Shown here piece after piece: positions 1 to 9,982 of a DNA stretch of 64,000 nt. This stretch comes from an uncultured Gemmataceae bacterium (GTDB lineage Bacteria; Planctomycetota; Planctomycetia; Gemmatales; Gemmataceae). Numbering within the stretch: the first letter of the stretch is position 1; every line of letters starts with the position of its first letter. The position numbers and the translations under genes were made by a program. The DNA is taken from contig CAVVPN010000003.1 in NCBI GenBank assembly GCA_963750165.1, positions 1,376,001-1,440,000 on the forward strand, written 5' to 3'. The notes under the pieces are model-generated. The model was not told the origin of the DNA. It saw nothing but the letters and a program-made list of their open reading frames with translations, and ran no database searches.

Positions 1-72
1 CCAACTTTTTCACACGTCGAGATGCGGCGCCCTTGCCCCGCACGGGTGGCTCTGCTCGACAGCGGACGGCAG

Positions 73-132
73 CGGTTGCCACAGCAAGGGGGCCAAGGAG
101 GCCAAGGGAGCCAACTTTTTCATACGTCGAGA
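73..132. repeat. Dispersed 60-bp repeat with 9-mer (CAAGGnGGC)x3 core, copy 1
   Basis: 57/60 identical to 17689-17748; a partial copy (CCAACTTTTTTCACACGTCGAGA) sits at 1-23. Confidence 0.85.
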
Positions 133-256
133 ATCGGCGCCCTTGGGCCGGCTACAGCGTCATCCTGCGGACCCCTCAGGAACGCAGCAGCGCGTACCGG
201 AGTGTGCCACTGCCTCGCCGCCTTGCTGGAACACGCCCCGAGCCGCCAGCGGTTTT

Positions 257-910
257 CTATCCGCCAGAGTTCAACCCCCTATCACCCTCAACCGATTTCC
301 CGTCTAATGCACCACTTTGAACGCAGCGAATGCGGAAGTGCTGTTGCAGCACTTTGAACGCCAACCCACTGAGCCATGCACCAAGAATTAACCCCAACAT
401 GGACAGCAGAAAGGCCCGAACAATAACCCACCCAACTTCCATTGTTAACACGATCGGATTGGCCGAAACCAGAATCGGGAGGGAAGTGTAAAACATCCAA
501 ACGGCGGCCAGAACTGGCACGACGACCATCAAAAGCAAATAGAGCCACCCCTGTGTCCGCGCCGTCCATACCTCGAACTTCTCGAGGGCCACCAGGCCGG
601 TGATTGCCTCGTCTCGCTCTCGATCCTCGCCCGGAAACAACGCAGCGGGCAGGGCTCGCCCGGTGGAAATCATCCCATCCTGGGGTAAGCGGGAGCGTAA
701 CAGCAACTCGACGTAGCGCTCCCGAGCCTCCCGGACCGTTTGCACTTCACCAAGGTCGAATTGAAAGGTCACGGCCGACCGGCGATACATGTCGAGCAGC
801 AGGGCTGTGCGGCTGCGAAACACGGGACCCATCAATGCTCGCAGGAGGCTCTTCCAGGCTCCCAGTTCCTCGGAGTGGTCCCGTACCCGTTTCTCATCGG
901 ACGCATCCAT
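257..910 (-). CDS. Hypothetical membrane protein (two C-terminal TM segments)
   Basis: ORF directly downstream of dapB; ATG at 910 with AGGTGG RBS; hydrophobic stretches LYLLLMVVVPVLAAVWMF and IVRAFLLSMLGLILGAWL. Confidence 0.6.
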   Translation of the reverse strand: MDASDEKRVRDHSEELGAWKSLLRALMGPVFRSRTALLLDMYRRSAVTFQFDLGEVQTVREARERYVELLLRSRLPQDGMISTGRALPAALFPGEDRERDEAITGLVALEKFEVWTARTQGWLYLLLMVVVPVLAAVWMFYTSLPILVSANPIVLTMEVGWVIVRAFLLSMLGLILGAWLSGLAFKVLQQHFRIRCVQSGALDGKSVEGDRGLNSGG

Positions 911-948
911 GACGCCACCTGGAGAAGACAAAGAAGCGGTCAACGGCA

Positions 949-1743
949 TCACAACCCCAGCACGTCATTCATCGTGTACCGCCCCGCCGGCCGCCCTGCC
1001 AGGAACTTGGCCGCCTGCAGCGCCCCACGCACGTAGCAGTCGCGCGCGTGCGCCCGGTGCGTCAACTCCAGCGTCTCACCGAGCGTACTGAAGATAATCG
1101 TGTGTTCGCCGACGTTATCGCCGACACGGATCGCGTGGATGCCGATCTCGTGCGCCGGCCGCTCACCCACCAACCCCTCACGGCCGTGCCGCAGTTCCGT
1201 CTGGCCCATCGCCTCCTGGATCAGTTTTGCGAACCCCAGGGCGGTGCCGCTCGGCGAGTCCTTCTTGAAGCGGTGGTGCCGCTCCAGGATTTCCACGTCA
1301 AAACCGCGGCCCTTGAGCACCTGCGCCGCCTGGGCGACCAGCTTCATCAGCACGTTGACCGCCAGGCTCATGTTCGGCGCCATCAATACGGCGGTGTGGT
1401 GCGCTGCCGCCTCGATCTCGCGCTGCTGCGCCGGCGTGTGGCCGGTCGTCGCCACCACGATGCCGATCTGGCGCTCCAGCGCTACCGGCAGCGCCGCCAT
1501 CGTCCCTTCCGGCGTCGAGAAGTCAATCAGCACGTCCAGCCGCTGCTCCACCGGTACGAACGACTGCACCGGCACGCCGAGCTTGCCGATGCCCGCCACC
1601 TCACCGGCGTCGCGGCCCTGCTGCGGATGACCCGGCGCGTCCAGCGCCGCGGCGAGCGTCAGTTCGCGGTCCTCGTGCGCCAGTTGCACGATGCGCTGAC
1701 CCATGCGGCCGCAGGCGCCGTTGACAGCGATGAGCGTCTTCAT
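949..1743 (-). CDS. dapB: 4-hydroxy-tetrahydrodipicolinate reductase
   Basis: NGACGRMG Rossmann motif, IDFS, ERHHRFKKDSPSGTA signature, RVGDNVGEH. Confidence 0.97.
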   Translation of the reverse strand: MKTLIAVNGACGRMGQRIVQLAHEDRELTLAAALDAPGHPQQGRDAGEVAGIGKLGVPVQSFVPVEQRLDVLIDFSTPEGTMAALPVALERQIGIVVATTGHTPAQQREIEAAAHHTAVLMAPNMSLAVNVLMKLVAQAAQVLKGRGFDVEILERHHRFKKDSPSGTALGFAKLIQEAMGQTELRHGREGLVGERPAHEIGIHAIRVGDNVGEHTIIFSTLGETLELTHRAHARDCYVRGALQAAKFLAGRPAGRYTMNDVLGL

Positions 1744-1827
1744 GCGAACACCTCGAGGGTATTGATGTCCCGTCCGAGGCGTTTCTATCCCGCGACCGTG
1801 CCCTCGTCGAGGCCGAGCGCCTCCGAC

Positions 1828-4800
1828 TCACGGCGCCACGGCCGTCACGGTGCCATCCGGGTTTAGCCGCGTGGCGTAGCGGCGCTGGAACTGGTAATAG
1901 TCGGCGCTGGTGATGTAGCCGCGCCCCGAATAGTCCAGGAACGCCCGGTATTTGGTCTGGCCGAGCACACTGTTCAGCGACTGCTGCATCGTCGTCAGGT
2001 CCACGTTGGTGACCTGACCGTCGCCGTTGACGTCGCCGAAGTAGCGGAAGAACGCCGCCGCCTGCGCCGCGAACGGGTCGCCCGCCGTCGCCAACCCCGG
2101 CCCGCCCGGGCCGCCGCCCTGGATCGCCGACTCGTTGAATTGCAGCGTGTAATTGCCGTCCTCCAGCGAGGCGAACTCCGTGCCCAGGCCGCTGAAGCTG
2201 TAAATCACCGTGTAGTTGCCGTTCGTGCGGTTGTAGGAAGCGCTGAACACGTTGGCGTGGATCAGCGTGCCGCCCGCCGCCCCGTACGGCCCGTTCACCT
2301 TGATGAGATCCAGGCCGCGGTTCGTCGTCGGTGATTGCAGGTTCGGGTCCAGGAACACGAAACTGCTGAACGTCACCTGAAGGTAACGGATCGCCGACTT
2401 CTGGCCGTTGTTGACGTTGCCGGCGGCTCCGGCCACCAGCGTACTCGTGCCGCCCTGGACCGCCGGGAGCGCGAAGTTCGCCGAGTAATTGACGCTGCCC
2501 ACGACCACCGGCGGCGGCGCCGAGGTGTTGCCGTAGGTCACGAAGCCGAGGCTGCTGTCGTCCAGGTCGTGCTCGATCAGCTGCTCGACCTGGAACAGCG
2601 GCAGGTTGGCGTTGCCGTTCCAGGTGTTGTTCTGAGCGGTCACGTCCATGCGGCCCAGCTGCGGCCCCACGGCGCCGTAGTTGAACGACTGCTCCACGCC
2701 GTTCGGCAGGGCGCCGAACGGAGCCGTGCCAGTGTTCAAATCGCGGATGGCCTGCGGGAAGATCGGCCCCGGGTTGGGCGTGGCCGTGGCCGAGGTATCC
2801 AGCGTGTAGCCGTTGAACGTGTTGTTGCCCGTGCTGTGGGCGGTCGAGCCCAGCGGTGTGCCGCTCAGCAGACCGGTGATGTCGCCGTAGTAGCCGACGT
2901 TGCCGGCCGGCCCGTTCGGCAGCGGTGTCGCCGACGCCGCCAGCTGGCCCGCATCCACGATGCCGCCGTTCTGCACCTGCAGGCCGCTGGCGAAGTTGCC
3001 GACGTTGTCGTTGTTGATGTGGTCGCCCTGCAGCAGCGCCGTGCCGCCGGCGACCAGCACGCCGACGTTCTGGTCCTGCACCGTGCTGTTCTGCAGGTTG
3101 GCGCTGGCCCTGGCCTGCACGCGGACGCCCACGGCGGTGACGTTGCCGCTGACCAGCTTGTCCACCGTGATGCCCGCGGTGGTGCCGATCTGCACGAACA
3201 CGCTGCCTGGGTTCACGTCAATGCCGATGCCGCCCGTCGTCTGCGGGTTGTCGATCGTCAGGTTTTGAATCTGCGTCGGGTTCGCCCGGGTGCTGGCGAT
3301 CACGGCCACCTGGCCCTTGATCGTGCCGCTGCCGTTGAGCACCACGCCGGCCGAGTCCAGGCTGACCGCCCCGCCGTTCACCGTGGCGTTGTTGTTAATG
3401 GCCCCGCTGACCGTCAGCGTGCCGACGTTCACGATCGTCAGGCCGGTGTAGGTGTTCAGGCCGGACAGCGTGAACTGGTCGCTGCTCTGCTTGATCAGGT
3501 TGCCGCTGCCGCTCATGACGCCGGCGAACACGGTGTTGGTGGCGTCGCCCGTCCTCAGGGTGTAGGGGTTGAGCGTCACGAAGGTGCCGGCCACGCCGGT
3601 CAGGTCGCCGATGGTTACGGTGGTCTGCAGGTCGAGCGTGGCGCCGGCCACGGGGATCGTGACAGAATTCGTGGGAAAGATGGGTTGCGCCACCGCCAGG
3701 CTCAGGGTGCCGGCGTTGATCGTCGTCAGGCCGGTGTAGGTGTTGAAGCCGCTCAGCGTCAGTGTGCCGCTGCCGTTTTTGGTCAGCGTGCTGCCGCTGC
3801 CGTTGATTACCGACGAAATGCTGCCGGTGCCGGTGTTGGTCACCGTCATCGGCTGGCCGTTCAGGTTCACCGGGTTGCTGCTGATGCTCAGCGTGCCGGC
3901 GTCGGTGATGTTCACGGGACCGGCGGTCACAGTGATGCCGCCGCTGATGCCGAAGTTGGTGCCGGTCAGGTTGACGCCGCCCGCGGCGCTCGCGGTCAGC
4001 AGGCCGCTGAACGTCGAGGTGCCGGTGCCGGCCGATTGCGTGATCGCGCCGGCGGTGATGGCGCCGGCGTTGACGTTGTTGGCGGTGGTGATCGTCAGGC
4101 TGGTCAGCGGCGCGCTGCCGCCGACCGCCCCGCTCAGATTGACGCTGCCGGCTGCGGTCGGCGTCAGCGTCAGCGTCTGGGCGCCGTTGATGGTGCTGGC
4201 GAAATTGATGTTGCCGCCGCCGGTGTTCGTCACGATGACGTTGCTGGCCAGGGTCACCGGGTTGTTGACCTGGATGTTGCCGGCGCTGGTTTGCAAATTC
4301 GTGTTGAGGAATGTGCCGGCGCCGGCCGGGGCAGCCCCGCCGACGGCAGTGTTGTCCAGCGTCAGGGTGCCGGCGGCGCTCAGGGCGGTGTTGCCTGCCC
4401 AGTCGAGGCGCACGGCGTCCGTGCTGGTGCCGCCGGTGGCGAACACGTCCTTGCCGGTGGCGGTCAGGGTGCCCGCCGAGGTCACCTGGCCGGTGTTCGC
4501 CCCGGTGTGATCGACCCAGGCGCCGCCGGCGCCGACGCCCGCGGCGCCGGTGCCGGCGGTCAGGCTGACGTTGCCGGTGCCGCCCGTGGACAGCGGCGCC
4601 CGCACGATCACGTCCCGTGCCGCCGACAGCGTGGCGTTGCCATTGGTGGCGCTGACCGTTCCCATCGTGATTATGTCGCCGGCCGTAGTGGTCAGGGACA
4701 GGTTGCGCGTTGTCGCCGTCGGGCCGTTGGCCGTGACCGTGTCGGCCGTGATGGTGCCGCCGGCCGTGATGATGATGACACCGTCCGCGGTGGTCACACT

Positions 4801-7800
4801 GGTCAACGTCACCGCGTCCAGCTCGCCGATCCAGATCCCGTGCGTGCCGGCGTTGGGAGTGTTGGTGGTCGCGGCGGTGATGCTGTTGGCCGCGGTGTCG
4901 ATCATGGCCGTCGCCCCGGGCGCTCCAATGTCCACGGCGGCGGTCAGGTTGACCACGTTGCCGCTGATGCGCGTGGCGTTGTTGCCGTCGTCAAGGATGG
5001 AACCGGTGGTCGCCGTCACGGTGGCGGTGGCGGAGGCGGACACGGTCGTCACGGTCAGATTGCCGCTGGCCGCGGTCACGGTGGCGGTGCCGGTGGCGGC
5101 GCTGACGTTGAGCACGTTGGCCCCGGTGGTGTTGCGGATGCTCACGTCGCCGGTGCCGCTGCTGGTGGCCGTGATGTTGCTCACGGTCGTGTCCAGGCTG
5201 ATGCCGGTGCCGGCCGAGGCGGCCAGGCTCGTGGCGGCGACATTGACCGCCGCGCCGTTGCCGTCGGTGATGGCGCCGCCGCCGGCGTTCAGCGTGGCCG
5301 TGGTGCCCGCGGTGATGAGGGCGTTGGCGGCAATGGCCTGCGACGCGATGTTCACCGATCCTGCGAAGTTCACGGCGCCGTTGACGGCGACCGAGTCGGT
5401 GCCCACGCCGGTGTTGATCTGGAAATTGGTGATGTTGCTGGCGGTGCCGTTGGCGCCGCTGACGGTGATGGTGTCGTTGCCGTCAACGGTGGTGGTGTCA
5501 ATCACCAGGCTGGTATCGTTGAAGAAGGCGGGCGTCTCGATGGCCACGCCGCCGCTTGTGCCGGTGACGCGGATGGCGGAGACGGTGCCGGTCTGGAAGT
5601 CGGTGCCGTTGGCGACGGTCAGCACGTCGTTGGCGCCGGGCAGGTTGAGCGTCGCCGTGGTCATGCCCGAGATGTCTACAGGCTGCAGGCCGGTGAAGGT
5701 GATGAGCGTGCCGCCGACATTGATGGTGCCGTTGCCCGTGGTGACGGCGTCGGGCAGGTAGGTGGCGGCGTGGGCGCCGTCGCCCTTGACGTACAGGCGG
5801 TCGGTGATGCCGGCACCAGCGGTGCCGCCGTGGAAGATGACCGGCACCGCGAAAAAGCCGCCGACGTTGTAATCGATCAGCAGCGAATCGCTGACGCCGT
5901 TCTGGCCGTTGAGGGTGTATTGCGACACGGCTGCCACCGGGTGCGAATCGACCAGGACGCCGTTGCGGAACAGTTGCAGAAGGCTGCCGTTCCGCTCCAG
6001 CACGAAGTTGGCGCCGCCGCCGGTCTCGGTGTAGCTGGCCGGGCCGCTGACGTTCAGCGTCACGTCGTTGCCGTCGCCGCCGGCGTAGCTGATGACGCCG
6101 GTGAAGGCGCCGACGCTGACCGTGGCGCCTTCCGGCAAGCCGTTGAAGGTGCCGGTGACGGGATCGGTGCCGTCGTTGTTGATGATCTTGACAACGGTGC
6201 CGGCGGCCGGCGCCGCGGCGCCGCCCACCAGGTTCAGCGTGGCGCCGCCAAGGGTCACGGTGCCGGTCACGTTGGTCTGGTCGTAGTCAGTGCCGGCGGT
6301 GGCGTAAGGGCTGTTCAACTGAACCTTGTAGGTTGAACCGGCGGCCAGCGTCAGATTGCCGGTGCCGAGGATGGCGGGACTGCTGCCGGGGAACAGCGTG
6401 CTGCCGCTGTTGACCTGCACGGTGCCGGCGGCGGTGCCGGTGCCGCCAAGGGTCGCGGTGTTGTTCACGCTGACCGCGCTGCCGGCGGCGGTGGAGCCGT
6501 TGACCAGCAACGTGCCGCCGTTCGCGGTCGTGGTGCCGGTGTAGGTGTTGGTGCCGCTCAGGGTCAGGGTGCCGGCGCCGCTCTTCGTCAGCGCCACGGT
6601 GCCGCTGCCGTTCTGGATTACGCCAGAGAAACTGCCGCCGCCAGCCCCGACCGTCAAGGTAACTGCGCCGGCCACGCCGCTGCTCACCGTGCCGGTGCCG
6701 TTCAGGCCGTTGATCGTCGGGCTGAGGCCGTTCAGGTCGAGCGTGGCAGTCGTGAGCGTGACGCTGGTGGTGGTGGGGACGGCGGCGGCACTGGTGAAGC
6801 GGAACGTGTCGCTGGCCGCACCGCTGAACGTTTCTGTACCTGGGGCGAAGCCGTTGTCCATCGCCGCCAGCTGCACCAGGCTGCTGCTGCCGGCGGTATT
6901 GATGGTCAGGGACGTGGCGGGGTTGGCGAAGGTGGTGGTCTCGAACGCCGGGCCGCCGGTGCTGCGGATCTGCGAGACGCCGTCGGTGAGGTTGCCGTTG
7001 TCTTCCAGGCTGGCCTGGGCGCCGGCGGGCAGGTTGAACACCAGGTTGCCAACGGTGCTGCCGGTCATGTCCACCGGGGCGAGGCCGTCGTAGGTGATCG
7101 TGTCGGTGGTGGTGCCGGCGCCGGTCGTGTCGTAGACGAGACTGCCGCTGTGCCCGGGGCCGGTGGTCGTGAAGGTCGCCGTCGCCATGTTGAACGTGCC
7201 GCCCTTGACGACAAGATTGTCCCCCGCGTTGTTGCCGCCGTGGTAATCGATGGGCGTGGTGAAGAAGCCGCCCGTGCCGCCGAAATTCACCGTCAGCGTG
7301 TCGGTGCCGCCGGCGGTGTTGAAGATCAGGTGGCCGGTGACCGACGCTTGCGGGAGGGTCAGCGTCTGGTTGTTGTTGGAGAGCGTGCCGCCGCTGGGGG
7401 CCGACTGGAACTGCTGGCTGGCGTCGGTGATGACGAAATTGCCCGCGCCGTCGGCGCTGACGGTCAGGCTGTTGTTCACGTTGGCGGTGTCGGCAATGGT
7501 CAGGTTGCCGGAGCCGTCGAGCGTCGGCGCCAGGGTGCCCCCGGTCATCACGGCCTGTATCTGGGCCGTGCTCAGGGCGTTGTCGTAGAAGCGGACGTCA
7601 TCGACCAGGCCCGGGAACCAGATATTATTGTGCGCGTCGCCGCCGATGGTCGTGTACGGGTTGATGGTCAGCGCCGCGGGGTTCACGTTCGTAAGGGAGT
7701 TCTGCTGAACGCCGTCCACGTACAGATAAATCGTGCCGCCCTGCCGCTCCCCGGAGATGAAGTGCCACTGGCCGTCGTTGACCGAGGTGGTGGACTGGAT

Positions 7801-8256
7801 GGTGGTGTCCGGGCCGTAGGAGCCGCCGCCGATGCCGAACCCGAACTTACCGCCGGCGTTGATGGTAGTGCCGAAGTCGTTGGCTACCCCGGGCCACTCC
7901 GAGGTGATGATCGGGTTGCCGTTGTAGAACTGGTTGCCGCCGCCGCTGGCGGTGGTCTTGATCCAGGCCGTGATGGTGAAGTCATTCTGGACCGGCCGGT
8001 TGATCTGGACGTATTGCCCACTGCCGGCGAAACTGAACGCCTGGCCGTAGACGCCGGGGGCGTAGGCGGCGGTGCCGACCCAGGTGCCGTTGTCGGTCCC
8101 CTGGCTGTCATTGGCGTTGCCTTCGGCCTGATACCAGTCCACCAGGGCGGGAGTCAGACGGATTTCAAGGGGCTCCAGCTGCAACCGCACCCGGTTGCGC
8201 CGGGCCGACGTGCCAGAGGAATTCCGAGACCACTTCTTCAGCCAGTTGAAGATCAC
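1828..8256 (-). CDS. Large secreted/surface protein: LamG-like domain, autotransporter-associated beta-strand repeats, beta-helix region, C-terminal dockerin-like Ca-binding domain
   Basis: GTG at 8256 with AGGAG RBS; RRNRVRLQLEPLEIRLTPA export motif; DFTITAWIK..NDGQWH..GLVDDVRFY (LamG); LTKSGAGTLTLSGTNTYTGTTTANGGTL repeats; FGDVNGDGQVTNVDL near the C-terminus. Confidence 0.85.
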   Translation of the reverse strand: MIFNWLKKWSRNSSGTSARRNRVRLQLEPLEIRLTPALVDWYQAEGNANDSQGTDNGTWVGTAAYAPGVYGQAFSFAGSGQYVQINRPVQNDFTITAWIKTTASGGGNQFYNGNPIITSEWPGVANDFGTTINAGGKFGFGIGGGSYGPDTTIQSTTSVNDGQWHFISGERQGGTIYLYVDGVQQNSLTNVNPAALTINPYTTIGGDAHNNIWFPGLVDDVRFYDNALSTAQIQAVMTGGTLAPTLDGSGNLTIADTANVNNSLTVSADGAGNFVITDASQQFQSAPSGGTLSNNNQTLTLPQASVTGHLIFNTAGGTDTLTVNFGGTGGFFTTPIDYHGGNNAGDNLVVKGGTFNMATATFTTTGPGHSGSLVYDTTGAGTTTDTITYDGLAPVDMTGSTVGNLVFNLPAGAQASLEDNGNLTDGVSQIRSTGGPAFETTTFANPATSLTINTAGSSSLVQLAAMDNGFAPGTETFSGAASDTFRFTSAAAVPTTTSVTLTTATLDLNGLSPTINGLNGTGTVSSGVAGAVTLTVGAGGGSFSGVIQNGSGTVALTKSGAGTLTLSGTNTYTGTTTANGGTLLVNGSTAAGSAVSVNNTATLGGTGTAAGTVQVNSGSTLFPGSSPAILGTGNLTLAAGSTYKVQLNSPYATAGTDYDQTNVTGTVTLGGATLNLVGGAAAPAAGTVVKIINNDGTDPVTGTFNGLPEGATVSVGAFTGVISYAGGDGNDVTLNVSGPASYTETGGGANFVLERNGSLLQLFRNGVLVDSHPVAAVSQYTLNGQNGVSDSLLIDYNVGGFFAVPVIFHGGTAGAGITDRLYVKGDGAHAATYLPDAVTTGNGTINVGGTLITFTGLQPVDISGMTTATLNLPGANDVLTVANGTDFQTGTVSAIRVTGTSGGVAIETPAFFNDTSLVIDTTTVDGNDTITVSGANGTASNITNFQINTGVGTDSVAVNGAVNFAGSVNIASQAIAANALITAGTTATLNAGGGAITDGNGAAVNVAATSLAASAGTGISLDTTVSNITATSSGTGDVSIRNTTGANVLNVSAATGTATVTAASGNLTVTTVSASATATVTATTGSILDDGNNATRISGNVVNLTAAVDIGAPGATAMIDTAANSITAATTNTPNAGTHGIWIGELDAVTLTSVTTADGVIIITAGGTITADTVTANGPTATTRNLSLTTTAGDIITMGTVSATNGNATLSAARDVIVRAPLSTGGTGNVSLTAGTGAAGVGAGGAWVDHTGANTGQVTSAGTLTATGKDVFATGGTSTDAVRLDWAGNTALSAAGTLTLDNTAVGGAAPAGAGTFLNTNLQTSAGNIQVNNPVTLASNVIVTNTGGGNINFASTINGAQTLTLTPTAAGSVNLSGAVGGSAPLTSLTITTANNVNAGAITAGAITQSAGTGTSTFSGLLTASAAGGVNLTGTNFGISGGITVTAGPVNITDAGTLSISSNPVNLNGQPMTVTNTGTGSISSVINGSGSTLTKNGSGTLTLSGFNTYTGLTTINAGTLSLAVAQPIFPTNSVTIPVAGATLDLQTTVTIGDLTGVAGTFVTLNPYTLRTGDATNTVFAGVMSGSGNLIKQSSDQFTLSGLNTYTGLTIVNVGTLTVSGAINNNATVNGGAVSLDSAGVVLNGSGTIKGQVAVIASTRANPTQIQNLTIDNPQTTGGIGIDVNPGSVFVQIGTTAGITVDKLVSGNVTAVGVRVQARASANLQNSTVQDQNVGVLVAGGTALLQGDHINNDNVGNFASGLQVQNGGIVDAGQLAASATPLPNGPAGNVGYYGDITGLLSGTPLGSTAHSTGNNTFNGYTLDTSATATPNPGPIFPQAIRDLNTGTAPFGALPNGVEQSFNYGAVGPQLGRMDVTAQNNTWNGNANLPLFQVEQLIEHDLDDSSLGFVTYGNTSAPPPVVVGSVNYSANFALPAVQGGTSTLVAGAAGNVNNGQKSAIRYLQVTFSSFVFLDPNLQSPTTNRGLDLIKVNGPYGAAGGTLIHANVFSASYNRTNGNYTVIYSFSGLGTEFASLEDGNYTLQFNESAIQGGGPGGPGLATAGDPFAAQAAAFFRYFGDVNGDGQVTNVDLTTMQQSLNSVLGQTKYRAFLDYSGRGYITSADYYQFQRRYATRLNPDGTVTAVAP

Positions 8257-8651
8257 AGGTGCGACTCCTGAGCAAAGAGAATGCGGTCTGACCCAGGGCA
8301 ACAGGGAAACCGGCAGGGCCTGGGGCGCGGAGACAAAAGTTGTTACGCGAATCAAACGGAATGATTCTGCAGACCCCTCGTTTTGTGCCCATCCTGCGGC
8401 GCATTGGGAAAACGCATTATGTGTTGGTAGGATGTTACGATCCGGCAAAAAGTTCCGTCAAACGAAAAAGCACCGATTCTGCCCGCCGCGCCAATATAGC
8501 TCCCGTACAGCCGGCAGATCGGAGATTCTTGCCAGATTCGCTACACCTGGCAAATTCACTCCGTTTCTCCCGGGCGCCCCTGCCGACAGCTGACGTAGTG
8601 TATAGTGTTACCCCGGCGCTCTCCCCTTCCATCACCCTGCGAGGACCGGCC

Positions 8652-9620
8652 ATGCACACTCCCAACGACCCGCGCCCCGGCGACTCCCTGACGCGCCGTC
8701 ACCTGCTCGGCGGCCTGGCCGCGGTCGGGGCCGGCGCGGCCCTGGCCGCCCTGCCGACGCCCGCCGCCGCGGCGGTCGTTCAGCAGCCGGCGAAGTTGCG
8801 CGGCAACGTCAACCACTCGGTCTGCTTCTGGTGCTTCAACACCGCCGGCGAGAAGTGGGACCTGAACACGACCTGTCGCCATGCGGCGCAGCTGGGCTGC
8901 CGTTCCGTCGAGATCGTGCCGCCGGAGCAGTGGAAAATCCTGGAAAAACACAAGCTAATCTGCGCCATCGCGCCCAACGGCATGGACGGTATGCCGTTCG
9001 TCCGCGGTTACAACAACCCGAAGTATCACCAGGAATTGAACGCCCGGCTGCGCAAGGTGATCGACGCCTGTGCCGACGCGAAGTTCCCGAACGTGATCGC
9101 CTTCACCGGCTACAAGTGGCGCAACGCGGAGAACCCGAAAAGCGGCGAGATTCCGCGCGGCGAGGCGGCGGACAACTGCGTCAAGGGCTTGCAGGCGGTG
9201 GTGGGCCACGCGGAGAAGCGCGGCGTGACGATTTGCGTGGAGCACCTGAACACGCGCGACAGTTCGCACCCGATGAAGGGCCATCCCGGCTACTCCGGTG
9301 ACGACCTGGACTGGGTGGCGGCCATCATTCGGCGGGTGGGTTCGGCGCGGCTGCGGTTGCTGTTCGACGTGTACCATGTACAGGTGATGCACGGCGATCT
9401 GCTGCGGCGGCTGGAGCAAAACCGCGACATTCTCGGCCACATCCACACGGCTGGCAATCCGGGCCGCGGCGAACTGGACGAGCGGCAGGAGATCAACTAC
9501 CCGGCGGTGATGCGTAAGTTGCTGGACCTGAAATATCGGGGCCACGTCGGCCACGAATTCATCCCAACGCGGGCGCCGCTGGCGGGGTTGCGGCAGGCGG
9601 TGCAGGTGTGTGACGTATAA
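8652..9620 (+). CDS. Hydroxypyruvate isomerase-family TIM-barrel protein with Tat signal
   Basis: TRRHLL twin-arginine signal; VEHLN, LFDVYHVQ, HIHTAGNPGRGE, GHEFIP motifs; GAGGA RBS. Confidence 0.88.
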   Translation: MHTPNDPRPGDSLTRRHLLGGLAAVGAGAALAALPTPAAAAVVQQPAKLRGNVNHSVCFWCFNTAGEKWDLNTTCRHAAQLGCRSVEIVPPEQWKILEKHKLICAIAPNGMDGMPFVRGYNNPKYHQELNARLRKVIDACADAKFPNVIAFTGYKWRNAENPKSGEIPRGEAADNCVKGLQAVVGHAEKRGVTICVEHLNTRDSSHPMKGHPGYSGDDLDWVAAIIRRVGSARLRLLFDVYHVQVMHGDLLRRLEQNRDILGHIHTAGNPGRGELDERQEINYPAVMRKLLDLKYRGHVGHEFIPTRAPLAGLRQAVQVCDV

Positions 9621-9647
9621 CGTAGTGCAGGCGGGCCGCCTCATGCC

Positions 9648-9838
9648 AACCACATTGGCTATCTTTGATTGATGTAAGTCCTTAACTGCCGGGGGTTGGG
9701 GTTGCCGAAACCCTGGATTTTTCAGCCACGATCCGGAGGGGCCAACGGGACTTGCCGGCGGCCCCCCCAACGGTCGAACCCATGTAAACCAGGGAAAAAC
9801 CACAATTCGGCATCCCGCCAACGATAGCCAATGCGGTT
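9648..9838. repeat. 191-bp element bounded by 20-bp imperfect inverted repeats
   Basis: AACCACATTGGCTATCTTTG (9648-9667) matches the reverse complement of 9819-9838 at 18/20; nested internal complementarities. Confidence 0.6.
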
Positions 9839-9982
9839 TCCCTTGATTCGACAATTGCCGCCGCCGGTGGACAGGGCGTGGCAGCTGGCGGGCGGTCCCC
9901 GGCGCGCTCCGGACGGAGGCGACTCACTATATTAGCCAGCAATTCGAGTTCGCCACCCCCATTACCCCACGGACGCCGGGCC

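Noticed and set aside
2335..6336. 1333-aa + strand ORF, and similar long antisense ORFs such as 18864-23228, 51292-53229, 53908-55623 and 42978-45041
   Set aside because: Antisense shadows of high-GC genes with clear motifs on the other strand; no domain signatures of their own
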